From NCBI RefSeq assembly GCF_006345805.1, contig NC_042999.1, positions 123,504,001 to 123,568,000 on the forward strand: a DNA stretch of 64,000 nt. The letters run 5' to 3'. The translations under genes and the position numbers were made by a program. How positions within the stretch are numbered: the stretch's first letter is position 1; each line of letters starts with the position of its first letter. Below the pieces are notes generated by a model. That model searched no databases, was not told the origin of the DNA, and saw nothing but the letters and a program-made list of their open reading frames with translations. This DNA is from Octopus sinensis. Its lineage: Eukaryota. Positions 26,385 through 39,463 of the stretch are shown one piece after another.

Positions 26385-27178
26385 TTCAAAAATTACCTCG
26401 AAGGTAATAACAATACAGTTAATACAATATAAAATTTCCGCCCCGTAGGGCGAAAATTACCGTTATACAACGGGCACTGTTCAAAACAATCAGCACAAAC
26501 AATAATAGCACAAATCCGAACTCTCTTAAATGAAGGCAGCTAATTCCTCAGAACGCAGATGAAAAGTAACTCGAGAATAGAATCGAGAAGAGGAGAGAGA
26601 GAGAGAGCTAACGTGAAGACTATGTGTGTTTATATGTCACAGATAGCGTACGTGTGATTATGTTGCCTGTTGGGTTACCAGGAAAGTCTGAGTTTCCCAG
26701 CAACAGAGTTTCGTTTCGTGGGTTTTTTTTTTTTTTCTTTTCCAGATTATTTTGTATGCTTTCAACGAATGTGACATCGAAATCATGTGTAAACGGATCC
26801 TTCCCCGCTACAAAAGCAAAGATTTAACTGCTGTTTCTTGCACGCCCTTTATCGCAAATAGCTGTTACGTGGTAGCAGGGCGTGCTAGAAATAGCAGCCA
26901 AATATTTGGAGGTGTGATACATTGAATGCACTCGAAAAAAACCAACGGAAAAAAATTATTTCACACCGAGGTTATGAATGGGTCTTTTACAAAATATTTA
27001 CCGTATTTTTAAAGTAATTTTCACTTTAAAATATCTTTTAAATATACAAAAAAAAAAGTTTGTAATGGTATTCACTTGAAAAATAATTTCGTTTTTCGAC
27101 ATCAGTGGCAGACGCCATTAGAAAAACTTATATATGTTTGCAAAGCAGCCTTCACTTTCATCGCGACCTGGTGGTTAC

Positions 27179-27221
27179 CGCCCGTTGACGAGGGACAACA
27201 ATCCCGAAACTAGTTCGAGCG
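27179..27221 (+). ncRNA. Minimal type I hammerhead ribozyme motif (U3 variant)
   Basis: CGCCCG-TTGACGA-GGGA caacaa TCCC-GAAA-CTAG-T-T-CGAGCG. Helix I 5/6 bp, helix II 4 bp, helix III palindrome ACTAGT. Confidence 0.65.
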
Positions 27222-27456
27222 TATCACCCAGGCTTGCGAGGAAGGGATGGCCTCCCTTTGCAAATACTCCAAGGACACTGATATTGTGTCTAAAGCCAGC
27301 TAGAGTCGAAGATCTCTTGGGGCTATAAAGCTACAGTAACACCCCCTCCCCAATGTGGTTAGCCATGATAAGATGGCTTCTATACTTTACACTAAAATAT
27401 AGTCTTTAAAGAAAGCTAAAATATAGATACTTACTGTACAAACAACTTACATTTTT

Positions 27457-28813
27457 GGGTACTAGTCGCGGAGACTAGACGCGCATCCGCGCTAGCCAGT
27501 CGTAGGTAGTTGATCCTACAGCGACTTGCGTATGCAAATGAGCTGATTGGCGCAACACTGCAAAAACTAAGTAAATAGCGAGCCCCTACTGAAGCTCAGG
27601 AAATATTTTTCAACGATATACGGTGTATATTATTTTAAAGACAATTGTGTTTTTTTTTTTTTTTCGTTACAAAACAATTAGAAGCATTGAAAAAAAAAGC
27701 AAAACAACCTTAAGGACAGTCAAACATTTTTTTTTTCAAAGTAGACCACTACAGGCGACAATTCACTCGTGTTTACTTTGAATACCTACGGCAAACTGCA
27801 GCATGAAAATTAAAAAAAAAAGTTTTTAAAAATTAGCTTAACCCCTCCCCAACAAGGTAATTTTACTGTAGGCTTCAACAGGAAAATCGGTTACTGGTGA
27901 CAAGCCAACAACGTGGGGTCAGAATTTAGTTGCCAGGCAGATAGAGGAAGGGTAGTACTGTGACAGATCACAGACGAAGATAACACTAATTGCCTCGTAT
28001 GAAATGGTTCACTGCGTTAACTTATGAGGCTCCTGTCAACGACCAAGTCTCTTCAATGTAAACTTATAGTAAACCAAATTTCCCCCACGTAGAAATAAAA
28101 CATTTCTATGAAGTAAAGAGTTACTTTACGTCTGGTTAAAAATAAACTCCTTTGATCAGGTCTGCACGACCAGGGCAGTCTTGGGACTGGGAACTGTTCA
28201 GCTGAAGTTAAAGACGAGAGTTCAGTTGGGTCTTTGGAGAAACTGCAAACAAGTAGCAAACACAGACCTTGTACAACTTCGGTCAAGAGATATCTTCCAC
28301 TGAGCTGTTAGAAATAGCAGCCGAATTTTTTTTTTAAGTCAAACTGAACAATGCAGTATTGGATTTACAACAAAGCAGGATGGCCACGACCAAAATGTCA
28401 AATAATTTAGGGTTGGTCAGGGGTTAAATTCCAGTTGAAAGAGAACGAGCATAGCTGAATGGTTAACGAAGTTTGCCGTAGCTATTCAAAGTAAACACAA
28501 GTGAATTGTCGCCTGTAGTGGTCTACTTTGCAAAAAAAAAATGTTTGACTGTCCTTAAGGTTGTTTGGCTCTTTTTTCAATGCTTCTAATTGTTTTGTAA
28601 CGAAAAACAAAAACGCAATTGTCTTTAAAATAATATACACTGTATATCGTTGAAAAATATTTCCTAAGCTTCAATAGGGGCTCGCTATTAACTTAGTTTT
28701 TGCAGTGTTGCTCTAATCAGCTCATTTGCATACGCAAGTCACTGTAGGATCGACTACCTACGACTGGCTAGCGCGGATGCGCGCACCGGATCCAGTCTCC
28801 GCGACTAGTTCCC
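27457..28813. mobile_element. Unclassified non-autonomous TIR element (~340-bp TIRs, candidate 6-bp TSD ATTTTT)
   Basis: TIRs 27457-27797 / 28470-28813, termini GGG(T/A)ACTAGTCGCGGAGACT; ATTTTT at 27451-27456 and 28814-28819; no internal transposase. Confidence 0.85.
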
Positions 28814-28915
28814 ATTTTTGAAATCACATTCACTTAAAAATATTTATAAATGATTAAAATATTGTGTATGTCAAAAAGTCGATGTTTTTTTTATATTGAG
28901 TAAGAGAGAGAGAGA

Positions 28916-31685
28916 TATTTCTTTATTATGATTATAAAATCAAACATAGAAGGACAAATACAGGACATACATACAAAAAACATTTAAGAGATTCGATTAA
29001 AAATTTTGTTTACATTCATTATAAAATAATATCCTTTGCATAACCAGTATAACAAACAACAGTAGATGAACTTGTAGTCTCACTGGAGCTTTTACACCCC
29101 GGCAATTTATGAGGCCCTGCAGCTTCCACTTCCTCTCTCTCCTCCATGGTCAAGCTGGGTTTCTGACACCCACCTTTTTTTCTACTTCCTTCCATCTTTT
29201 CTCATACACACGCCGTGGTAAGATCCTCTTTTCCAGCCCCATTTTGCTCTTCAGATGATATCTGAAGTAAGTGAGCAGGCTGGGGCCGGAGACAAAGGAT
29301 CCTATCGCGGCTCCTTCCATTCTCGTTCTCCACATGCATTCCTTTACTACTGCAACCGTGCAGTGAAAACATGCCTCACCTTCCTTCGAGAGTCCAGTTG
29401 GCGGTATCATCTTAATCATAGACTCAGCCGACAGCTGTACTCGTCCCAGATGCGATAACACGTGTTCTGCGTAACTTATCAAGTCGGACAACTTCCGACA
29501 GTGAACAAAAGCGTGCTGGACGGTTTCATCGTCCAACCCGCACCTTGGACACGTCGGTGGCACTGAAACTCCGTGCCGCGATAACTTCTCGCGAACAGGT
29601 AAAGCATTCCTATAACACTGCCAGGCCAGGGATCTTTGGAAATTATCCAAATACCCCGACCTGAAAGTTTTTTTAAACAGGTTGGCAAGCTGGTCTTCAT
29701 CAAACCCCAGAGCCCCTCCTAGGACGTCGTCGTTTTTTGCCTTTACCAGCCCTCTATAAAATACGAGGTGGTATTTCCGCAGCCGGCCTTGCCCGCCTTG
29801 TGGATCAGCGTGAGTGCCTGTCGGCACTCCTTTTGCCATGGAGTCAGTTTCCATCTTTTGATGTAACCGGGTTTAAAATTCACTAAGGAGGCCGGTCTCG
29901 GGAAAAATCCCCCTGCCAGCGGACTCCACACCTTATCACCTTCCAGGTGGTGCCAGAGATGCCTTAGCCTCAACGCATGTCTGCGCATCATCAACCAAGG
30001 CATCCCTAACCCACCCTTTAACGGTTCTTGGCAGCAAACGGAGCGCCTCACAAGTGGCTTTCCTCCTTTCCACAAAAAGCGGAAAAGGATTCGTTCCAAC
30101 TTGTTAAGCCATGAATCGGGGCAAGGGACAACGGTCAGGCGGTAGGTGATTACAGATGCAATGAACATCTGCACCACCTCCGCCTTTCCTTTCAAGGACA
30201 GAGACCTTCCGGACCAGGTCCGTACTATGGCCTCCACCTTGCTTGTCACCTCACTCCAGTTCTTCTCCGTTTGGGAGTCTGGTCCAAACCAAACTCCAGC
30301 AACTTAACAGGGCCATCCGTCCAGTGTCCCACGACACTGGACGATATCGACTTGCTCCTCCAGGTGCCGAGGCGCAAGCCAACCGATTTGTCCTTGTTAA
30401 CCTTGCTCCTGCCACCGCCTCGTATCCTCTGATAGCCTCCTCTACACAAGGTAGTTGGGCCTCTTTGGACACGATGAGGGTGACGTCATCCGCATAAGCA
30501 GTAACCGTCCTCCACCTCCGATTTCATCCGAGTTACTCCCTAGCCTCTCCAACTTTCGCAGCAGTGGCTCGAGGGCCAATACGTACAAAAGTGGTGACAA
30601 GGGGCACCCCTGACGCACTGAACACTCGATCGAAAACGGTTCAGTTAGGTAACCGTTTATCTGGACGGTGGACTTGATGCCGCTATACATAGCGGAGATC
30701 CACCCGCGAAATTCAGGGCCCAGCCCAGCCGCTTCGAGGACCGTCGCCAGGTACCTATGGTCTACCCTATTGAAGGCTTTACTTTGGTCTAAATGGACCA
30801 TTACCCCGCCTTTGCCGGCTAATTTACCCACCCTATCTAAGGTGTAGCGTATAAGGTGAAGATTGTCCTGGATCGACCTGCCTGGAATTGCACATGTCTG
30901 TGCTCTCCCTACAAGTTTCTCCACGACAACCGTCAACCTTTTTGCTAATACCTTGGCCAAAATCTTTAACTCTACATTAAGTAGAGTTATGGGCCTGTAG
31001 TTACTAATATTATCCCCCTTGCTCGGGTCTTTCTGGATTAGCGTCACCACTCCCCGGCTTACAGAACTGGGAATTCTCCCATTCTGCTGCCAGTTCGTGT
31101 AGACGCCTGCCAGTATTCCCCCGAACAAGTCCGGCATACTTTGGTAAAACTCGTAGGGCAGACTATCCAACCCCGGCGACTTCTCCCCGGCGCATTCGGC
31201 CAGTATCTCCTTTATCTCTGCGGAAGTGATCGCTCCTTCACAGCACTCCACCTCACGCGCCGCGAGCCGCGGCCCGCCGGCTAGGAAGTCCTTTAAGGCT
31301 CTCCCCCGATCCAGCGGACCACCACCCCCAAACACGCGAGCGAAATGCTGGTGAAGAAACTTTTGCATCTCCTCCTGTCCATAGATCTTTTGTCCCTGTT
31401 CGTCAGTCAAAGATTTGATTGAGGCTCTGTTGCCTCTCTGACTCTCCACACGACGGGCCCATCCGGCCACGTTAATACCTTCTCGTTTCCCAGCGCGCAG
31501 CTTAGCTCTGACTCTGCAACCTTCGTGTTTGGAGTTAAGGTGACGGTACAATACCGTCCTTGCCGCCAACACTCCGGATGCGGAGCCAGCTTCCATTGCC
31601 TCGTCTAGATTCTTAACTAAATCGCCCTCTAGACTAGCCCTATCTATCCTTAGCTGATTGCTAAATCTAACGGACTCTAAACGAA
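28916..31685 (-). mobile_element. 5'-truncated sister copy of the Tx1 element, inserted in (TC)n
   Basis: Closely matches 21281-24070. Homology stops at 31685 against (AG)n; same 3' terminus; several 1-bp indels in the RT. Confidence 0.95.
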
Positions 31686-32917
31686 AGAGAGAGAGCACGA
31701 AACTGTTTGCGTTGATTCACACGTCATGACATTTATTACATCATATGTGTGTGTATTCTGTATGTGTGTTGACGTCATGGAAGCCATGTTTTTCTGGTGA
31801 CCGGTAATAAAGTTACAAGAAAAAGGCGCAATAATAAAGTCACAATTTTGGCTAGGAATAAAGTCACAATTAACTTATGGTGACCAGTAATAAAGTCACA
31901 GCAAAAAAGTCATAATTAATTGATGGGATCCATCCCCCCAGGTAAAAAAAAAACAAACTTGGAACCCCCCCCCACACACACACACACACACTCCTCGGAC
32001 AAAACCCCTGTGACTTTTTCCTGTATTTTTTTTTTACCTGGATTGGGTTTTTTTTTGGTCAAGAAATAACAAACAAAAATTGTATTTAATCGTTTCCATT
32101 AATAAATAAAATTCGTACTGCCCTGCATAAAGTAAGTATCAAATTTCATATGTAAAAAAAAAAAATTAAGATAAGGTATACTATTTCTGAGATATTTCAG
32201 GTACAAAATGACATCTTCTAGAGTTTTAGAATTATTAAGATGAGCTCAATTTTAATTATCAAATTAGCACAATATCCAGTTTAAACTGGTATTCAAAAAT
32301 ATCACAAGAAAACAGGTTGTTTCATCAACATACATGGAAGTAATGTTTTTGTAACAACACTCAAAGTTTTTGTAATAGGAGGGGCAAAGTTTGGTTTAAT
32401 CAATCTTAGTTTATTATTGCTATTTTTTTTTTTTTTTTTACCAAATACTAACTGATGTTTTGACACATTTATATAAATCACCAAGATTGATCACTTACTG
32501 ACCCACTCCATCAATTCTTACTGTTGCAAGTAACTGAAGCATAATTGAAGAAAGTTTCTTTGGCACTTGTATAGCTGAAGAATCTAGCACTTGTATAACT
32601 TGGGGATTCTCTTGCCTTAAGTCAGCACAACTTAATCACTAACTGATGTAGGCAGTTGAATAAGGAGACTTAAGCAATTAACTCCATGTTGTTTACAAAA
32701 GGTAAATATTCATTGTTAGTTTTTGTTCTCTTTTTTTCACTGGTATCAAAAAATTAAAAGTAAACTGAGTTTGGTGACTCTGAATACTGAAATACAATGC
32801 ACAAACTTGATCCTCTGGAACATGGTGCTTGATATCTTACAATGAGTACCACCTTATCTTCATTACAAAGGGAGTTAACTTGAAGTAATAAACAAAACAA
32901 AGACAGAATTTTACTGC

Positions 32918-35525
32918 AGTTCTAGGTTAATTCCACTACAGTAAATTTCACTATAGGTAATATGAATACACTTTAGCTCACATTTTATTCATATATTTAC
33001 ATAAAAATGATGGCGAGTACATAAAAATCAGACAGATCTTCAAATCCATTGACAACGTTATTAATTGGTAAAAATGCAAAAGCACAAAAACACTTAATTT
33101 TAAGCTGTAAACTTTCATCCGTGTTGTATCGCCTACTCTCACCAAGTGCACATATCTTCCACCAAATAGACTGTCCGAGATGAAAAACACATCCAACTAC
33201 TTCTAAATGAGGAAATACAGAAACATATGAATCATGGAGAGCTTTTTTCGAAGCCCTTGAGACAGGTCACGGGTTGACAATTTGCCCTTAAATCCTGCAC
33301 AGCAGACAAAACATGATGGTATGAGGCTTCTTTTACGTCAAGAAGTAAGGAAAATAGCCTGGGCTCGCATTACCCTTTAGTGATGGTATGTAGCATGAAA
33401 AGCTGACACCACAAACTAGGAGACATTAAAAGTTCCATCACAGGACCAATTTTCAGAGCTTTCTAGATCATCCAAGCCTTTTTCTGAGAAAAAAACTAAA
33501 ATTCTGTCTGAGTCATCAATGCTACTGTCGAAGATCAAAAACTAGGACCTATTTTTTAAGTACTTAACTGCATCAGGAATTTCAACCCTTAAGTTGGAAA
33601 TGCTGGTATTCCTAAAGCGTGTTGCTTCCATTTACGTATGTTACGTGAAAGTCTAGGAATATTTTGCAACAATGTCTGTGCTTCCTCATCGAGATTTTGT
33701 ACAGCAGTCGCTATTACTTCCCACGAAGATACTGTGCCCGTTCTCATTACTCCACTTTTCATTGAATTAACTGCCTTTCAGGCATTAAAGTCTACACTGA
33801 TTGCTGAGTGATTATGGGAGCCTTTGAAAAAATAACTTCTGGTACACTGGAGTTGAAAGTGGTATGTAGTCTAGTCTGTTAGTGAATTTTTTTCCCCACG
33901 ATGTTCTGGACCCCAGTTATGAACTCATTTACATACAATCAGAGCTCAACTATCAAACTAATTTATGAGTGCATAACAAGTGATGAGCGATAAGATAAGG
34001 TCACTTGGATAAGGAATGACCATGCTTCTTTTCTCTTTTAAGAATGCTTGTTGTTCTTGTTTTTGTTTCAACCATGGCTGCCTCTGCGTAGTTATCTGTG
34101 TTGTTTACTTTGTAAAGCAGTAAGTGGAGAGGGCTGCTAGCACATCACCCTCTACCCACATTTTTCCCATCCACATCTTTACCATATGGGGCCCTAACAA
34201 AATCCGATAATAGGTATATATGCAAATCTCTCTAATTCCTTGTCTCCTTCTAAAATCAGGCATAACTTATCAATCGGGTGACTTACAATACCGTTCTTCG
34301 TCTTGAGTTGACTTGGTAGAATGCATTTGTTAACTTGACAAGGTCAAGGTGAGCTCTGATTGGCTGTGTGCAAATGAATTCATTACTGGGGTCTGGAATT
34401 CTTGTGGGAAAAAAATTTTGCAACTTGGCAACCTTTTTAAAAACGTTCACAACACCAATATGTTATTGTTTTGCTACTGTTAACTCCATTCTTTTCGTAT
34501 CTATGGTTCTCTTCATCGCAAAGCTTATGTCTGTTCTTCCCTGATGTTATAAATGTTGCCATGGTTGAGGGTTTCAAAGTTCAAAGTTAAACTGAATAGG
34601 AAAAAAATTATCTTTTCCTTTCGAACAGCAGTTTTCAACACAATTTCTAGTTAACTAAACACTTTTAAACTTCGTATACTGGTAGAATGTGTCAAAATAA
34701 AACATTTTTTTCTCTTGGCTTTCTTGAGAAAATTGTAATTTGTAAGTTTAATTTTTCGAATTTTAATCAATCAATCGCCTCAATTGAGCTAAAATCATTT
34801 GCTGCGTCTAAAACCGAGACAACATCCTGTCACTAACCCTAACCCTAAATTTTAGCCTTTCGTTTTTTTTTCTTAATTGTTAAACTAATTTGTTACGCGT
34901 GTCTAAAATTCGTTTTGTTTTTTGTTTTGAGATATACGTGTATTGTTTAAACTATTTTCCATTGCTTAAGGGAGAAAAAAAACGAAAGCAATGGAAAATA
35001 ATTTAAACAATTAACAAACAAAATAATTCTATAATTTTATACACACGCTTTCTGTACGTAAACATTCCGTACGTAAACATAAGTGACAGGATGTTGTCTC
35101 AGTTTTAGACGCAGCAAATGATTTTAGCTCAATAGAGGCGATTGATTGGTTAAAATTCGAAAAATTAAACTTTGTTAAACTTACAAATTACAATTTTCTC
35201 AAGAAAGCCAAGAGAAAAAAATGTTTTATTTTGACACATTCTACCAGTATACGAAGTTTAAAAGTGTTTAGTTAACTAGAAATTGTGTTGAAAACTGCCG
35301 TTCAAAAGGAAAAGATCCGGAAAAAATTGGCAGTACGGTGAAATTCAGTTAAAGAATTAGTAACAATGGCATAAACCTATACTTTAACTAATGTCTAATT
35401 AGTTGAGAAGTGTGTAACAAAGGCGTGTGTAATTAGATTTCTATAGACTGTTTAATGTAGTTGAATTTCCCATAGTGGAATATACCTAGCGTGAAATTTT
35501 ACCGTAGTGGAATTTACCAGTCACG
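32918..35525 (-). mobile_element. Decayed Mutator-like (FLYWCH-MULE) transposon with nested MITE
   Basis: Minus-strand 34030-33000 translates to DRILVF..SENWSCDGTF..QLF..DFEKA-like..FPHLEVVGCVFHLGQSIWWKI..FCAFAFLP. Ends ggt(t/a)aattccactac(a/g)gtaaa are inverted at ~32918-32960 and ~35480-35525. Candidate TSD tttactgc / ttaactgc. Confidence 0.75.
34610..35316. mobile_element. MITE with ~225-bp TIRs
   Basis: 34610-34834 is the reverse complement of 35082-35316; internal TAACCCTAACCCTAA. Confidence 0.85.
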
Positions 35526-35713
35526 TTAACTGCTTAGTCTGGTCTGCATAGGCATGGACATATGCTGTCCTTAACACCAAAATGTATTTTGTATAATGTG
35601 ATAATTTTCATTGGTAATACACAGCTATGGGAAAGCAGACTAGGAGACAGCATGTTAAAGAGAGAATGGCCACTTTAATAATATGTTTCCATACCTTTAC
35701 TTCTTCAACAAGT

Positions 35714-35750
<37 letters not shown>

Positions 35751-35776
35751 TTATTTTAAGCAGCAGAAAATTCAAC

Positions 35777-35824
35777 AAAATCTGTTACTCTGAGTTTCTC
35801 GTTGCCGTTCATCAGACAGTTTTT
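35777..35824 (-). ncRNA. Minimal hammerhead ribozyme in the left (inverted) PLE repeat
   Basis: Exact reverse complement of 39321-39366. Confidence 0.8.
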
Positions 35825-36796
35825 GCTAGAATGGAACTTATATATTAATTCAATCTATACTCTTACAAACGCTACACCTTTAAAAAGAATGGACTTGTTT
35901 GATTGGCCCTTTAGAAAAACGGTCAATCTTCGAGCGATAAACAAAAAGGTCAAAAATATATGTATATATATATAAAAAACTTATAAAAATTATAAAATCC
36001 GAGGAAAAAACCGAGGAAAAAACCTATTGCCGTTAATGAAGACAGTACAAATTAATGCATAGAAATTAAACCTGTTATAAATACTGCAATACATATTTAT
36101 ATTAAAATCCCATATATATATATCAACATACACAAAAGGATGCGCGTAAACGCCATACATACATATACAGACGTATGAATATGAATCTAATTATACACAT
36201 AAAAGCATGTGTACATATATTCACGCAAACCGTCTCGCACGCAAGCTAAAATTCATCTATGTAGCAATTCTCATATACTGAGCAAGGAGGGGGAACGAAA
36301 GAAAGGGAAAGAGAGAAAAAGGAACGAAAGAGGGGGGGAAACTTGTAGCGATGTTATTGGCATCTATAGAGGCCAGTATACATACACAAGTTTGAATTGA
36401 TACATATACATACCGTCGTGTGTATGCGTGCTTAAGCACAAGCATACTTTCACTTACACATACACAGATACGCATGCTTACAAATACATATGCTTTGCTA
36501 TACATATACTTATATAAACATTCTAATTTTGACAACATTGCTTTCTTTTTAAAAAAAAAACATTGCTTTTAAAAAATGGGTGCATTAATAAAAATATATA
36601 CGAAAGACATATAAAATAAAATATAACATCCTATTTTGGGTCATTTATAAATAATCAAGGTAATATAAATAATCAAGGTAATCAATGCAATACAATAACA
36701 TGAAAACAAAGTTTGTAGGTTTTTCCTAATATATATGTAGAAACAATAAGACTTTGCTATAGATCCGTCGTAGCGCTTAAGAGTCAAAATTCCTAT

Positions 36797-38333
36797 CTCA
36801 AGGAATTATTAGCAAAAATATTTTGGACCGTATTTTAGTTAAGTTAGATAGTGAAGTAGACTTGAGAATTTGGAAGAATAGTAAGTCAGTTATAGAGTGG
36901 TTTAAAGGTATTAGCTATAAGAATAATTGTAGTTTCACACAATTCGACATTATTGACTTTTACCCGTCGATATCTAGGACGTTGCTCCTAAGGGCATTGG
37001 ACTTCGCCAAGCAGTATGTCAACATCGATAGCTCGGAAATTGAAATTATTATGCATGCGAGGAAATCGCTTCTGTTTTTCGAGGATTCCACCTGGATTAA
37101 GAAGACTGAGGATTCTCTTTTCGATGTACCGATGGGGGCATACGACAGGGCTGAATTATGTATGCTCATAGGAGCCTTTATTCTCCATAATCTAAAAATA
37201 GAATTCCCATTTATAGATGCAGGTCTATATAGGGATGACGGCCTTATAGCCACGCATAATCTAAACGGCCATGAATCAGATAGACTTAGGAAGGACCTTA
37301 TAGCTTTCTTTCAAAGGATGGGCTTACGGATTACGATAGATACTAACCTGAATAGTGTAGATTTTTAGACGTAAATTTTAATGTAAGATCGGATAGATTT
37401 AAACCTTTCCGTAAGCCCAATGAAAAGCTATCGTATATTAGCAAAGATTCGAACCATCCACCAGTTATCCTTAGCAACTTAGTCAGCAATGTAGGTAGAA
37501 GAATATCTTCAATTTCTTCGGACGAGGCAGCATTCCATAATGCTGCACCTTATTACGATAGCGCATTAAAGAATAGTGGATTCTCGGAGAAGATCCAGTT
37601 CAACCAGCTTAATGCTAATAATAATGCTGCACGAAGAACTAGGACCAGGAAAGTTTTGTGGTTCAACCCGGCTTTCAATTTGGCCGTAAAGACTAATATA
37701 GGTAAGGAATTTTTGAGATTAGTCTCTAAGCATTTTAAGCAGGGTCATAAATTCTACAGAATATTTAATAGAAGAACCCTGAAGGTTAGCTATTCTTGTT
37801 GCAGAAATTTCGCCTCTTACATTAGCCAACATAATAGGAAGCTAATTGAGATTAGACATGGTGCCGAGCCCATTAAGAAATGTAATTTCAAAAACGAAAG
37901 CTCCTGTCCGTTAGAAGGGAAATGTCTAGTGAAAGGAGTAGTTTATAGAGCCAAGGTGCAAGTGGAAGGCTCATCGGAATACAAGACATACACAGGGGCT
38001 TCAGAAAATTCATTTAAAACAAGATTTTATTCTCATAACAATTCTTTTAAATACCCAGAGAATAGGAAGAAAACCAGCCTAGCAAAATATGTCTGGGAAC
38101 TAAAAGAAAAGGAAGCCCCACCTTTCAACGTGACATGGAGCATTCTGGACAGGGCGGCACCATACAGGCATGGAGCTTACAAATATAATTTCAAGTGCAA
38201 GCTTTGCTTATTAGAGAAAATGCACATCTTATTCAAAGACAATAATTCTTTGAATCAAAGAAGTGAGTTAATGAACTTATGTAGGCACGCGGCTAAATTT
38301 AAAATGTCGAATATAAATATACCATATGGATAG
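36797..38333 (+). pseudogene. PLE RT + GIY-YIG ORF, 5'-truncated, two single-base frameshifts (~37365, ~37620)
   Basis: GIISKNILDRI, WKNSKSV, FDIIDFYPSI, DVPMGAYDRAELC, YRDDGL, FLDV, SNHPP, WFNP..TNIG, CPLEGKC, VVYRA..YTGASE..FKTRF..H..SF, ELMNLCRH. Confidence 0.92.
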
Positions 38334-39320
38334 AGTATATATTTTGTATTTTGATTTTTGATTTTGATTTTGACTCTTAAGCGCTACGACGGATCTATGG
38401 CAAAGTCTTATTGTTTCTACATATATATTAGGAAAAACCTACAAACTTTGTTTTCATGTTATTGTATTGCATAGGATTACCTTGATTATTTATAAATGAC
38501 CCAAAATAGGATGTTATATTTTATTTTATATGTCTTTCGTATATATTTTTATTAATGCACCCATTTTTTAAAAGCAATGTTTTTTTTTTAAAGAAAGCAA
38601 TGTTGTCAAAATTAGAATGTTTATATAAGTATATGTATAGCAAAGCATATGTATTTGTAAGCATGCGTATCTGTGTATGTGTAAGTGAAAGTATGCTTGT
38701 GCTTAAGCACGCATACACACGACGGTATGTATATGTATCAATTCAAACTTGTGTATGTATACTGGCCTCTATAGATGCCAATAACATCGCTACAAGTTTC
38801 CCCCCCTCTTTCGTTCCTTTTTCTCTCTTTCCCTTTCTTTCGTTCCCCCTCCTTGCTCAGTATATGAGAATTGCTACATAGATGAATTTTAGCTTGCGTG
38901 CGAGACGGTTTGCGTGAATATATGTACACATGCTTTTATGTGTATAATTTAGATTCATATTCATACGTCTGTATATGTATGTATGGCGTTTACGCGCATC
39001 CTTTTGTGTATGTTGATATATATATATGTGGATTTTAATATAAATATGTATTGCAGTATTTATAACAGGTTTAATTTCTATGCATTAATTTGTACTGTCT
39101 TCATTAACGGCAATAGGTTTTTTCCTCGGTTTTTTCCTCGGATTTTATAATTTTTATAAGTTTTTTTATATATATATACATATATTTTTGACCTTTTTGT
39201 TTATCGCTCGAAGATTGACCGTTTTTTCTAAAGGGCCAATCAAACAAGTCCATTTCTTTTTAAAGGTGTAGCGTTTGTAAGAGTATAGATTGAATTAATA
39301 TATAAGTTCCATTCTAGCAA

Positions 39321-39366
39321 AAACTGTCTGATGAACGGCAACGAGAAACTCAGAGTAACAGATTTT
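39321..39366 (+). ncRNA. Minimal type I hammerhead ribozyme in the right PLE repeat
   Basis: AAACTGT-CTGATGA-A CG GCAA CG A-GAAA-CTC A GAG-T-A-ACAG ATTTT; predicted cleavage after GUA at 39357. Confidence 0.8.
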
Positions 39367-39463
39367 GTTGAATTTTCTGCTGCTTAAAATAAAGCATATT
39401 ACTCTACCACTGGTATTTGAGTACTCTTTTTTCCACCTTGTTTCACATTTATGTGTTTACTCC

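Larger units (their letters stand above)
21281..26590 (-). mobile_element. Tx1/L1-clade non-LTR retrotransposon, near full length, inserted in (TC)n
   Basis: ORF1 + ORF2. 3' end AATAAAGAAATA abuts (TC)n with no poly(A). The 5' end is also flanked by (TC)n. Confidence 0.95.

Noticed and set aside
25323-26448. Antisense ORFs over Tx1 and gypsy coding regions (also 40841-42203, 43259-43880)
   Set aside because: Expected shadow frames of GC-richer coding sequence; no motifs.
20200-31930. tgactttt(a)tt repeats at 20200-20290 and aataaagtca repeats at 31795-31915 as TIRs of one large element
   Set aside because: Only the short motif is shared; spacing and flanks do not align and no TSD was found.
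38334-39390. SECIS element / selenoprotein Naiad
   Set aside because: No in-frame UGA in the recoverable ORF and no convincing AUGA-AA-GA stem seen.
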